This document shows positions 1 through 37,876 of a DNA stretch of 64,000 bases, piece after piece. Where the stretch lies: NCBI RefSeq assembly GCF_009914755.1, contig NC_060931.1. One strand, 5' to 3'. A model generated the notes under the pieces. The model ran no database searches and had not been told where the DNA came from. It was given only the letters and a program-made list of their open reading frames with translations. Position numbers and translations under genes: made by a program. Positions within the stretch are counted from its first letter, which is position 1. Each line of letters begins with the position of its first letter. Source of the stretch: the human T2T-CHM13v2.0 reference genome, Homo sapiens.

Positions 1-100
1 AATAAAAGACAATCCATTTAAAACATAGGTAGAGGACTTGAATAGAGATTTCTCCGAAGAAGACATACAAATGGCTAATAAGCACATGAGAAGATACTCA

Positions 101-1050
<950 letters not shown>

Positions 1051-1094
1051 TCAACAGTGTTTATCACTGCAAATATACTCTGACTTTCAACATA

Positions 1095-1182
1095 TTAGGT
1101 TGGTGCAAAAGTAATTTCAGCGTATTAGGTTGGTGCATTAAAAGCAATGGCAAAAACCGCAATTACTTTTGCACCAACCTAA
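1095..1182. mobile_element. MADE1 (Hsmar1-derived mariner MITE), internally rearranged
   Basis: TIRs ttaggttggtgcaaaagtaatt / aattacttttgcaccaacctaa with TA duplication at 1093-1094 and 1183-1184. Confidence 0.92.
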
Positions 1183-1710
1183 TAACTTCTCAATTTGCAC
1201 TCACTCAATTTAAATGAAAAGCCTTTTCCTTGGATCCTTGAAAACATTCTGTCCTAGAACATCATCAGGCTAAGGATCGGAAGGCACGTGTTTCTGCCCT
1301 AGCTCTGCCCCATGACTCTGGTCACAAGGCTTGCTTTTTCTGGGGCTCTGTTTCCTCGTAGACAATTACCAAGGTTCCTTCCAGCTCAAAGAAGCTTCTG
1401 AGTCTACAGACAAACAACTACTAGAATCTTCCATGTCAGTCAACAAATGTTAGCACCATCAGTCATGAAGCTGGGTGATTTGGGGACCTCAGCTTCTTCA
1501 TCCTTTTTTCCCTTTACAGGATTTATGTCAGGCTTTACCCACTGTCCATTTTCAAGGCAATGTCATTTTTTTAATAGGTTCCTACAGCAAAGCACAGTGT
1601 TTTTATTTTTGTTTTTCTAAAATTAAGTTGGGTCACAAAACTGTTAGAGGAAAAAAAAGTGGTTTCCTAGAGAAGGGAGAATGCTTTATGGGGGTTATAA
1701 AAAATCTTTG

Positions 1711-2305
<595 letters not shown>

Positions 2306-2913
2306 AAAAATTGGCTAACCAAGTATGTCTTTAACTTATAGGACTAAATAAAAAACCAGGGCATCATCGAAGTAGAAATCTGAAATGCTGTGGTTGGCAG
2401 AGCTCTGGACTGAGAACTAAAGTCCTGGATTCCAGCTCAGTTTTTTTGTCATTAGTCAGCCAGGTGACCTTGGGCAATCACTCGATTTCTCTAGGTTTCG
2501 ATTTCCCTGTGTGGGAGCAATAAAGGATCTCCAAAGTCCAGTCAATCAATCAAACCATCAAATTAGATAGTGGTGATGATAACATGACTCTGTTATGATA
2601 CTCAAAGCTGTGGAATTGTGTACTGTGAGAGGGTAGATATTATGGTATGTAAATTATATCTCAATAAAGTTGTTCATACAAAACCATCATGTCAAAGAGC
2701 TTACAGTCATGTGAGCATGGAAGAAACTATGCTAAACAAGTCAGTAAGGCCACGTGCAGTGGCTCACGCCTGTAATCCCAGCACTCTGGGAGGCTGAGGC
2801 AGGCGGATTACAAGGTCAGGAGTTTGAGACCAGCCTGACCAACATGGTGAAACCCTGTCTCTACTAATAATACAAATATTAGCCAGGCGTGATGGTGTAC
2901 ACCTGTAATCTCA

Positions 2914-3950
<1,037 letters not shown>

Positions 3951-4924
3951 GATTTACCCAAAACGTCCAGAAGGAGTGTGGGGCAGCTGGCCTCTAGCAA
4001 TGGGCCCGGTGAACCATAGTCACACCCTTGTGGAGTCTCCTCCCATAGTGAATTGATGCTGGCCTCTGACTTGCTTTAAACAGTAGAAGGAAGTCATGCT
4101 CTGTGATACCTGAGCACAGGCATCTACCATTTTTGCAATTGTGGGGGTGCTCTGAGCTGCCATGTTGAAGTCCAGCTATCCTGGGAGAGGGACCATGAGG
4201 GAGAGGCCCCATGGATAGGAGAGGTTATCCTAATGGGGCTTCCAGGTGACTTCAGGCCCAATGACCAACGAGGTGGCTGCAGTCACCCAAAAGCCAGACC
4301 CACAGAACTGCCTGGATAACCCACATAATTAAAAAGTAACAAGTGGTGGTCTTTGCTTTAAGCCTCTGAAGTTTTTTGTTTGCAGCAATAAGCAATCGAA
4401 ACAGAAAGCTAACTGCATAACATCAAATAATTGACTTTATTAATATTGCTAATAAATTGGCCTAGCAGGTGTCACATACAAGCACTCACAAGGCTCCTTA
4501 TTTTATGATAAGGGACTAGAGATTTGCAGTGCTTTTACTTGGTAATTTTCCCAGATTTTTGATTCCGGAATGACTATAAACATTATTTGCCCCTTATGCA
4601 CTGTTTAAAAAACTGGTTCTACCCACGATTTATGGGCAAACTTCCTTTTTCATCTTGTATACAATATTTTCTGCCTTATGCTTGGTGTTCATTAAACAGA
4701 TGCCCTGTTCTATATAAAGGGTAAAATGAACTAGGCTTAAAAGCCATTTTAAAGGGGCTTATTATGTTTTGTTGTGTTGTTTTGAATCTGTGGGCACTTG
4801 GGCACTGAGTTCGTAATGTGGAAAAACAAACCAGGGACTGCTGGGGGAAAAAAATGGTACATTGAACACATATGTGTAATTTTGCTCTATTTTGAAACTC
4901 CTTAATCCATAATTTATAGTCTGA

Positions 4925-5652
4925 ATTGTATTAATCCCATAATCCATATGTTGAAGACTTAATCCCCAGTATCTCAGAATGTAACCATATTTGGAGGTGC
5001 TTTTAAAGAGTTAAAGTGGGCAGGGCATGGTGGCTTATGCCTGTAATCCCAGCACTTTGGGAGGCTGAGGCGGGCAGGTCACTCTAGGCCAGGAGTTCGA
5101 GACCAGCCTGACCAACATGGTAAAACCTTGTCTGTACTAAAAATACAAAAATTAGCTGGGTGTGGTTGCACATGCCTGTAATCCCAGCTCCTCAGGAGGC
5201 TGAGGCATGAGAGTCACTTGAACCAGCTAGGTGGAGGTTGCAATGAGCCAAGATCATGCCCCTACACTACAGCCTGGGTGACAGAGAGAGACCCTATGTC
5301 AAAAGAATAAGAATTTTAAAAATCAATAAACAATAAAGAGTTAAAATGATTAAGATGAGGCTGTTAGGATGGGCCTTAATACAATCTGACTGTTGTCCTT
5401 GTAAGAAGAGGAAATTTGGGCTCACAAAGGGATACTGGGGATGTGTGAAAACAGAAGAGAGACCATGTGAAGACATAGAGTGAACATGACCATCTGTAAA
5501 GCCAAGAAGAGGGGCCCTAGAATCAAATCAACCCTGCCAGTGCCTTAACATGGAACTTTCAGCCTCCAAAACTGTGAGATAATTAATTGATATTGTTTAA
5601 GCCACCCAGTTCATGGTATTTTGTTAGGGCAGCAGCCATAGCATATTAATAC
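4925..5652 (+). mobile_element. MaLR LTR (MLT1 family) interrupted by an Alu (~5018-5310)
   Basis: MLT1-like motifs (ccccagtatctcagaatgtaaccatatttgg ... ttaagccacccagttcatggtattttgttagggcagc ... taataca). Confidence 0.75.
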
Positions 5653-6494
5653 ACAGAAAAGGAATTTTTATTTATTTATTTATTTTTGAAATGGACTCTT
5701 GTTCTGTTGCCCAGGCGGAGTGCTATCTTGGCCCACTGCAACTTCCACCTCCCAGGTTCCAGCGATTCTCTTGCCTCAGCCTTCTGAGTAGCTGGGACTT
5801 CAGGTGCATGCCACCACGCCTGGCTAATTTTTTGTATTTTTTAGTAAAGACGGGGTTTGACCGTGTTAGCCAGGATGGTCTTGATCTCCTGAACTTGTGA
5901 TCCGCCCACCTCGGCCTCCCAAAAGTGCTGGGATTACAGGTGTGAGCCACCGCACCCGGCTGAAAAGGAATTTTTTAAAGGGCCCTGTTTTGGTTATCTC
6001 TTGCAGTGCAACAAACTACCCAAAACTTACTAACTTAATTTTATTTTGCTAATGATTTGTGATCAGGAAATCAGGAATAACTCAGCTGAACAGCTTGATA
6101 TTTTTTTCATATTGTATCAGCTGGAGTTGCCTAAGTAGACATAGAGATTTTATTTCTATGGGAGCTCCCTCACATGGCTGAGGTCTTCTGGGAGTTCAGC
6201 CTTGGCCTGTTGGAAAAAGCTCTTTATCTACCTCCACATGAGCCTCCTCATGGCTGCTTGGGCTTCCTCACAGTGTGGATTTCAAGAATGAGTGTCCCAA
6301 GGGAGAGGAGGCAGAACTGTAAGCTGCCTTAAGTCTCTTAAGGCCTGGTTTTAGAAAATGGTCAATTGTCCTTTCTGCTGTATTCTATTGGATGAGCAAG
6401 CACTAAGGCCAGTTCAGATTAGGAGAAGGGGATTAGACCCCACCTCAAAATTGGAGGAATAGCAAAGAATTACTGGGCAGCTTTACTATTACTA

Positions 6495-7098
6495 TAATGT
6501 TAATTTTAGATTCAGGGTTACATATGCAGGTTTGTTATGTGGGTATATTTCCTGATGCTGAGGGTTGGGCTTCTATTGATCCTGTCACCCAAATAGTGAA
6601 CATTGTACCCAATACAAAAGTTTTCAATCCTTGGCCCCTTCCTTCCCTGCTTTTGGAGTCTTCAGTGTCTCTTCTTCCCATGTTTATGTTCCTATGTACC
6701 CAGTGTTTAGTTCCTGCTGATAAGTGAGAGCATGTGGTATTTGGTTTTCTGTTTCTGCATAAATTCACTTTAGATAATGGCTTCCAGCTGCATCCATGTT
6801 GCTACAAAGGACATGATTTTGTTCTTTTTTATGTTTGCATCATATTCCATGGTGTGTATGTACCACATTTTGTCCATCCAATCCACTGTTGATGGGCGCC
6901 TCGGTTGATTCCATGTCTTTGCTACTGTGAATAGTGCTGCAATGAACATATGGGTACAGGTTTCTTTTTGGTAGAATGATTTATTTTCCTCTGGATATAT
7001 ACCCAGTATTGGGATTGCTGAGTGGCATGGAAATTCTATTTTTACTCCTGAGAAACCTCCAAACTACTTTCCTGAGGCTAAACTAATTTACATTCTGC
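6495..7098 (-). mobile_element. L1 3' end (L1PB/L1MA-type)
   Basis: Antisense L1 3'UTR text (gttacatatgcaggtttgttatgtgggtata; gctgcatccatgttgctacaaaggacatgat). Confidence 0.85.
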
Positions 7099-7796
7099 AG
7101 ACAGCTTTGATACTATGGGGATAATTTCACAAAGATGGGGCAAACAGAGGAGGAAACAGCAAAAATAAAATTTTGGAAGAGAGCTAAGAAACAAACTCAT
7201 TTAGAAGACCCAAGAAAGCCAAATCTTAAATTGTTAGAGAGGAAAAGAGTAGAGTTAAGTCAATATACATCACAGTATCTTCAAAATGCTCAGGAATGGA
7301 GCCTCCAAGTACTCCTGGAACTGAAAGTGCAATACTAAAATAAAAAATGGGTTGTCAGCTGTTTAAGGAACACCCCATCCCCAGTCCAGCTGCCGAAAGT
7401 CTATCTCAACACTCTACCCTCTAAACAGCAACGGGGATATTGAGCCTCTGAAGATCCAAGCTTCAGTCTCCGTAATGGAATGCATCAGCTGTAGACAGGA
7501 ATGACTTACTCTAATAGCTACGTTAGTATTAAGTGACCACATATATCAATTGAATGATGAAACACCACCACCCCACCTTCTTTTCCCTGTACCCCCTATT
7601 TCTTTTTGTAGAGAGGTGGCAACTAGGTCTTTGTAACCTCTAGGAATAAGTTCTACCAAGTCTTTTCTGGGAGGCTGACCAGTCATGGTCAGCTAAGAGC
7701 TAAGTTATGAGAATACTGACGTAAGACATGCACTTCACTGGCAGGGATGCACAAAGTGAGTGGGTTCCTCTTAGGCTCAGAGGGTCCCACATCAGG

Positions 7797-10702
<2,906 letters not shown>

Positions 10703-11715
10703 ACCTATAAATGAAAGATGACATAGTTGCTAAAATTTTCTTCTGCTTATTTATCTATAATTTTGTTTCAGTTAGTAAGATAAATCATTGGTAATTTCTT
10801 TAAAGTTTTTAAACAGATGGTTATAATGCAACATTCCATTACTTGTAGCAACATGTTGCAAATGTAAGTACTAGATCAAATGCTAAGCTTGACCATCCTT
10901 CAGGAAAAAAAAAAAAAAGCCATGCAATTTTGATAGTTCCTGTATAATCCCAGGCAACAAATCCCAGACTTCTGGATTTAATGGGCCAGTGAGGAAAAAA
11001 TTCAGAGTGGGAGTTGAAAGTATTCACAAAGGGATACCAGCTTGAATTTTTTAAAATGGGAAGAAGATAATATCAGAACACAGGAAGGTCATATAAATTC
11101 AATAATTTAGTTTTATGACAGCACATGGTCTTTATTGAACTCATTTTGTCATAAACTGGTAAAAACTGTTAAGGACGTGTGCACATCCATCAGTGTTTAT
11201 TCATACAATCAAAGACACACGTGGGCTTCTGGTTTGTATACCCAGAAACTGTAATACAGCATTTTGCCTGGAGATGATCAGACTGGATTTCAGGGCTGAG
11301 TTCTCACTAAGCCAGCTCATACGCAGGCATTCGTTTATCACTGGAGCATGTATATTTCCAGTGAGTCAAGACTCATATCCATTCTGTGATTTCTAGGAAT
11401 GATCCCAAACAGAGAATCAGAGTGAATAAAAGCCAAATGAAGTTGGAGGGGTTTAAGGAAAATTTCATTCAAGCTATTAAAAAAAAAAAGTCTTGAATTT
11501 TTCCTAGTCCACAAAAGAACATATGCCTTGTATCTTGAATACTTAGGCTCATCTGATACGGTGTTTGTGTTTTGACAGTGCCAGATTCATACCGTTTATG
11601 AGTTGTACTTTCCTTACTGTATAGCTCCCCATTTACTGACTAGAATATATTCTCATGAGCCAGATAAAAAGAGACAACTAATAACTTTATTTAATTTTTG
11701 TTTGGATCTTAATTC

Positions 11716-12940
<1,225 letters not shown>

Positions 12941-13155
12941 TGGCCCATAGTTTTAAGTAGTAAATCCTTTTCTGTACTTCTGAAGTTTTTATCATCGTAT
13001 GTAAAATTTAGTGATGTCACATCAATTTGCTTAAAGTATAGATTATTTTCATAATTCTAGGAAACTAGATATTAAACAATAAACTTATTCTAGGAGTTTA
13101 GTTATTTTATATGTATATATATATATGACAAAGCCCCATCTCTATATATTTATAA

Positions 13156-13555
<400 letters not shown>

Positions 13556-13556
13556 T

Positions 13557-18381
<4,825 letters not shown>

Positions 18382-19675
18382 TGCTTTTATTACTTGTTAC
18401 AGATCATTTAAGGGTAGAGTAATATTCACCTTTTTGTTCTCCATAGTGTCTAACAGAGTATTTTGTGTTTACAACTCAATACATTTATCTATTTAATGAA
18501 TAATTGAATTCATACACATTATAGCTTAACTTTAGTTAAGTCAGAACTACAAAATTTGTGTGATGACATCTTGGTATAAAGGAAAAACTACTTTCTCAAA
18601 TTATTGGGCCAGCCTTGATGTTCTCTGTAATTAATTGCTATGGCAAATCAAGATACATATTTAATACATTTATTTTAATTTGATTAATTTTTCTCTGATA
18701 TTTTACACTTAAAAGAACCCAAACCTACAGAAAAGTTATCTTTCTTTTTGATGATGATTGCATAGACTACTTGTTCCATTTTTTAATAAAATGTTTTGAT
18801 TTGAAGGTCAATTGATTTGGGTAACTGACACTAAATTTCAGTAAGTTTCAAGTAGGATGTCCAATCTATGTTTAACTGTTGGAGTCTTTGTTGGAGACTG
18901 TCCAAAGCTCCGAACTGGAGGAGATGAGCAGATTGGAAAAAATATTGTAGTTGGGTAAACTCAGAGGTTAAATTGATCTGCTGCATCCACCCCAGGTGGT
19001 ATCAGGGAATGAAAGAAAAAAGAATGCCTTAATCATTGGCTCACTGCAAAAACAACATAGAAAAAAAAAAGTGGTATAATAGAGCAATGGGGAAGCATTC
19101 AAAAAACATTACTGGGTTGAAGTATTTTGGTGAACCTTATTTGAAGGTTATTTGCTGATTAAGATAAGCAAAAGCTATTTCAAAATGTTAATTTTTTCCC
19201 TCCACCCATGAAATCTGGTTTATGCTCTCACTTAAAGGATAGTGTAAAATAGCTGAACTGAAGATTCGAACATTTCACCAGAAATTTAAGCCACCTGTCC
19301 AGGGTTTATTTAAAGCCTCTGATATTTGATCACTTCACTAAAACAACTTAGGACCATGCTGACCATGCTGATTTAGTTGGGCCACATTTTCTAAGATGCT
19401 ATACATGATCACAAATGATATCATTATACTACAATGTCTAACAGCTCATTTCTGCTCAATAGAATTTCTAGGGGGAAATACTGAAGATTAATTTATGTGG
19501 TATTCATGGTCAGAAATAAAAGATAGTATAAATACTGTGTTTTCCTTCAAAAGTGGAGAAAGGAAAAAATTTATTTCTGTCCTGACTTTTCGGAAAACTC
19601 AGTCAAATTCACTGCCCAAGAAATGTGATTTGCTGAATTCTGAAATGAAAAAGCATCCTGTCTTCTCACTTCTTT

Positions 19676-22499
<2,824 letters not shown>

Positions 22500-22946
22500 T
22501 CCCATGGGAATATTTTTCTTGAGGAAACTGTTAATGAATAAACTTTACCCACCAATGGATAGCAAAGGGAACTTCAGCAAAGGGACAAGCAGGAGCATTA
22601 AGTGTATATAATTGCAAAACTAAGACTAAACAACCCAGGTTTTGGGGAGAAAAACAGAATGTAAATATTATCTACTCTGACACTATAGAAATGATGCAAT
22701 AGAAAAACTAGGAGGACAAAGATTACGGAAGAAGTGAAGTAGGGTGAGTTTTTGTGGGCTGTTTCATCTCTAATAACTGAGTTAAAATATATTATTTAAA
22801 TCTTATTTTCCAAAGGGCCAATGAAGTTTTTACATTATCCTTGGCAAAAATCATGTCAACAAAAAGAGGAACAGACACTGGGAGCACATCTGGTAGCTGG
22901 GGTTTGAGAAGAGAGGAATTCAGTTGACTGTGAAGCAACTGATATT

Positions 22947-23044
22947 TAAAACTGATATTTAAGTTATACATACATTGATTTGAGGTCAGAGAAAACACCT
23001 CAAATCAATGTATGTATACATATATAACTTAAATATCAGTTTTA
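22947..23044. repeat. Imperfect palindrome: 40-bp arms, 10-nt loop, 8-nt bulge
   Basis: taaaactgatatttaagttatacatacattgatttgaggt (22947-22986) pairs with 22997-23044. Confidence 0.92.
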
Positions 23045-23049
23045 GTGAA

Positions 23050-25806
<2,757 letters not shown>

Positions 25807-25809
25807 GAA

Positions 25810-26956
25810 AAGTTGACGTAACAAAAAAAGCTAAGGTAAAAAATGTAATTTTTTAAATTTTTGAGATGGAGTTTTCCTCTTGTTGCCCAGGCTGGAGTGC
25901 AGTGGCATGATCTCAGCTTACTGCATGCAACCTCTGCCTCCAGGGTTCGAGAGTTTCTCCTGCCTCAGCCTCCTGAGTACCTGGGATTACAGGTGCTCAC
26001 CACCATGCCCAGCTAATTTTTGTATTTTTAGTAAAGATGGGGTTTCATCATGTTGGCCAGGCTGGTCTTGAACTCCTGGCCTCAGGTGATCTGCCCGCCT
26101 AGGCCTCCCAAAGTGCTGGGGTTACAGGCGTGAGCCACCGGTCCCAGCCACAAAATATAATTTTAAAGAATTTGCTTCAGGCCAAGGTGAGGATGACTAC
26201 TTGGGGGACTCAGACTCAAATAACCTCAAATAGGAACCACATTTGGCCTTTGTTACAAGGTTTATAAAGATAAAAGAATAGGAAGTGGGCTGATACAGTG
26301 TTGTCAGGAATTTGCACTGGTTTACATATGTATTGGTACACAAAAGGCTTGGCCCATGATTCACAGCTCTAGGGTGACTCCTTGCGGAATGATGCTCATG
26401 AACTGCACAAAAAAAAACACTGATAGTGATTGAATATACATTGTTGAACTATAGGGTAGGGGTTTTGTTGTCCAGCATGTGGAATTTTAGGTTAATTTAT
26501 AGCCACTTGTTGCATCAGTCAGCCCAGATTCCACAGAGCAAGCAGCTTCACAAAGTGATTACATAGCTCAAGGGAGGAAGTGAGACATAACTGTTGCCTA
26601 ATTTCTGTGCCTGCATGGGCCTAATCATTTAGAAGTAGTTCACATTCATCAGATTAAAAAATTTCTGCCTGGTGCAGTGGCTCATGCCTGTAATCCCAGC
26701 ACTTTGGAAGGCCGAGGCGGGTGGATCACCTGAGGTCAGGAGTTCAAGACCAGCCTGGCCAATATGGTGAAACCCCATCTCTACTAAAAATACAAAAAAA
26801 TTAGCTGGGCATGGTGGCAGTTGCCTGTAATCCCAGCTACTCAGGAGGCTGAGGCAGGAGAATTGCTTGAACCTGGAAGGCAGAGGTTGCACTCCAGCCT
26901 GGGCAACAAGAATGAAACTCTGCCTCAAAAAAAAAAAAAAATTCTATTCTTTCTCA
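25810..26956 (-). mobile_element. 5' LTR of the ERV1 element (MER4-group, subfamily not assigned), interrupted by two Alus (25849-26148, 26667-26941)
   Basis: Minus strand begins TGAGAAAGAATAG; contains accctatagttcaacaatgtata and gtatcagcccact motifs; ends next to the PBS. Confidence 0.72.
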
Positions 26957-28060
26957 TTGTTAACTGATTTTTTTGTCCCCAGTACAGAAGTGCGGGTGTA
27001 GGGGGAGAACACTGTCCTGGAATGCCCACCTGGGCATAAATACTCCAACTATGAGCTGCCAGGCTCAGTGGAGGAGGCAGATGACAACAGGGGTCAGCAT
27101 GGGTGGCGACTCATTCAGGAAATAGCTATTTTGGAGCTGGTTTCTGCTTGCAAAGAAGGTTATGCCTGGGCACAACGTGGATGCTTGCGCAGCCTTCCCT
27201 CCACACACACCAGTATCATGAAGCACACCTCGGTTTCTGGTTGCTTTATGCTCTGAGAGGAAAACTCTTCTTGAGGTTTGTCTTCAGTCGAAGAGTAGGA
27301 TAATGTTGCCTAGAACCTCAGGAACTGAGATTGCAGATTGGGTTAAGAGTGAGCCCTTTTATTAAGGATGGCATGCGTGGAAAAGTCATGGAGCCATTTC
27401 AGAAGGATACAAAAATGTGTCCCTCATGGTTATTTGGGGAAGTGAGACTACAGTGGGGAAGATTTTCATTTGTTTGCCTTTTTAAAAATAGTTATTTTAT
27501 TTTACCACAGAATGCACTATTGGCTGGGCATGGTGACTCACACCTGTAATCCCAGCACTTTGGGAGGCCGAGGTGGGCAGATCATCTGAGGTCAAAAGTT
27601 CAAGACCAGCCTGGCCAACACGGTGGAACCCCATCTCTACTAAAAGTACAAAAATTAGCCGGGTGTGGTGGTGCACACCTGAAATCCAGCTACTCGGGGG
27701 GCTGAGGCAGGAGAATCGCTTGAACCCAGGAGGTGGAGGTTGTAGTGAGCCGAGGGTTGAGTGTCTCCAGTGAATATCAGGGGAGTCAAGGACATATGTG
27801 TGCCTGTGAATCACCCAGCATGGGTCACGCAGGTCCTGGGCTGGAAGGAGACTTCAGGTGTCTTGAAGAATTGAGGCTCTGTTCTGCACACAGGCTGTCA
27901 CATTGTAAATTGTCCTGTGAATCTCATGTCTGTCCCAGGGTCAGTGGCAAGTGGAGACACAGAGGGAATGGGTTCTGAGGGCACATCCCTCCCCCATTCA
28001 GATGTCACCATATAATTCTGCCCACTTGTACACATGCACATATAGGTAATGATGTGGCCA

Positions 28061-29470
<1,410 letters not shown>

Positions 29471-29639
29471 TAGTAGAGATGGGGTTTCTCCATGTTGGCC
29501 AGGCTGGTCTCGAATTCCTGGTTTCATGTGAGCTGCCTGCCTCAGCCTCCCAAAGTGCTGGGATTACATGTGTGAACCAACGTGCCCAGCCAGCATTCAA
29601 TCTTAACTATTACATTGATTAATAATTAAGTTCTGCACT

Positions 29640-30895
<1,256 letters not shown>

Positions 30896-30910
30896 TATTT
30901 TTATTTTATC

Positions 30911-30955
30911 GTATGTATGTATGTATGTATTATGTATGTATGTATGTATGTATGT
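30911..30955. repeat. (TATG)n microsatellite in an Alu tail
   Basis: Direct reading. Confidence 0.9.
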
Positions 30956-31130
30956 GTGTACTTAGAGACAGGGTCTCACTCTGTCACCCAGGCTGGAGTG
31001 CAGTGGTGCAATCTCGGCTTATGCAGCCTTGATCTCCTGGGCTCAAGCGATGTGCACATCTTAGCCTCCTAAGTAACTGGAACTGTAGGCGTGTGCCACC
31101 ATGCTTGGCTAATTTTAATATTTACTTTAA

Positions 31131-31313
<183 letters not shown>

Positions 31314-32099
31314 TAGTAGAGACAGAGTTTTACCACGTTGGGTAGGGTAGGCTGGACTTGAAATGTGGTCTGAGAAGCTCTGCTCCAATGGAAGTAGTTT
31401 TTGAGAAGCCTGCGTTTGTTTCTTTTGATTTTGCATGGGAACATCTATTTCACGCTCTTGAATTCTCTAAGTAATCTACTTCCCCTTCAGTAATATTCTT
31501 TGAGTTTACAGTGACAATCAGTCTTCCCCATGGCCTATAAGAGACGGTGTGATCTCACTGCTTTTGAGGACAGAAATATCTGCTTATTACTGAGAAATTT
31601 TATGTTAAACCATTTTTTCACTTCTCTGTTTGCACCATGTCTGAAACGTGTGAGAGTAGTGCTGAATTGGGATGGGTTCTTCAATTCCAGAAACACTACA
31701 GACAGATGTTGTGTGTTTTCTGCTTTATGATTTCCTATCCAGTGGAGGTTTCAAATGTGATTTTGCAGAAATTTATACTTAGTAATTTTTATTAGAACAC
31801 AAAACATCTCCCTAAATATTTGAAAGTCTAATGCTATTTTACTTCAAAATAATATTATAAGTGTTTGTAGTATAAACTGAGATTGGTAATTTAAACTCTG
31901 TATGCCCAAATTCTTCAACTGCAATACAATTTAATGTACCTTCTTCATACATTTCTCAAATATACTCTGTTACTGGGGAGCTTAAAACATTGCTGAGCAT
32001 ATATTAAACTCCCACTTGTTACTTTCTTTTTAAATAACTGTATTTTATAATTTTCTCCTGTTTGGTATCAAGTTTACCAGGACCTTCATATACATACAT

Positions 32100-32130
<31 letters not shown>

Positions 32131-32179
32131 TATATGCATTTACATGTGTATATGTGTATCTATGTGTGTAATGTGGATT

Positions 32180-37300
<5,121 letters not shown>

Positions 37301-37816
37301 TCCTGAGCTCCTTTGATGAGATTTGGAAATTTATAAGCAGCCATCTAATGTAGTATTTAAAGACAGGCCTACCACAGGGGTGTACTGACAGCAGTCAATC
37401 AGGCTATAGATTCTGGAGGCTTCACAAACATGTTCCCAGTTGTGTCTTCTCTGGACTTATGTTTGTATTTTCTAAGTTAAAGACAATTTTCCTCATTTCA
37501 TTTCCAGATTCTGTAGTCTTTTGCTTCCCTGGTTGACTAGTGTTACCACCAGTTTCTCTAGTGTTATAATAAGTACCCGCTTTTCTTCTCAACAGCTACA
37601 AACTGTTATCCTATTACCCCATCATTTCCTTTAACAATCCTTGTTAGGGGGGACAGAATGTAGTCACCAGACAGTTCTTTAAAATGCCAAAGCTTTGAAT
37701 GTGTGTTTCACTCTTCTAGGTCACTCCTGAGGGAGACACTGAGAATTGTTTGTTTTTTCCTGAACCTAATTGCTATTCTGGGAAAGAAGAAGGGACGTGG
37801 TGAACAGTCTGTAAGC

Positions 37817-37876
37817 ATGCAGCAAAGGACGTATCCCTGGAATATAAAAGGGAGAAGACAATAGCTATACATCCAG
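37817..37876 (+). pseudogene. Decayed 3' half of a KRAB-B exon, donor GT>AT
   Basis: cagcaaaggacgtatccctggaatataaaagggagaagacaatagctatacatccag aligns to KRAB-B (EQRKEPWNMKRHETVAKHP) and is followed by the family intron motif atgagaggcccaaaggtcaaagaggaaaccag. Confidence 0.7.

Noticed and set aside
1095-1182. miR-548-family precursor
   Set aside because: MADE1 origin alone is not evidence, and the left arm is disrupted.
1410-1448. Possible additional upstream exon (TNNY*NLPCQSTN, phase 0>0) for the unidentified gene
   Set aside because: Weak acceptor overlapping MIR-like sequence, weak donor and a 71-nt intron; not distinguishable from chance.
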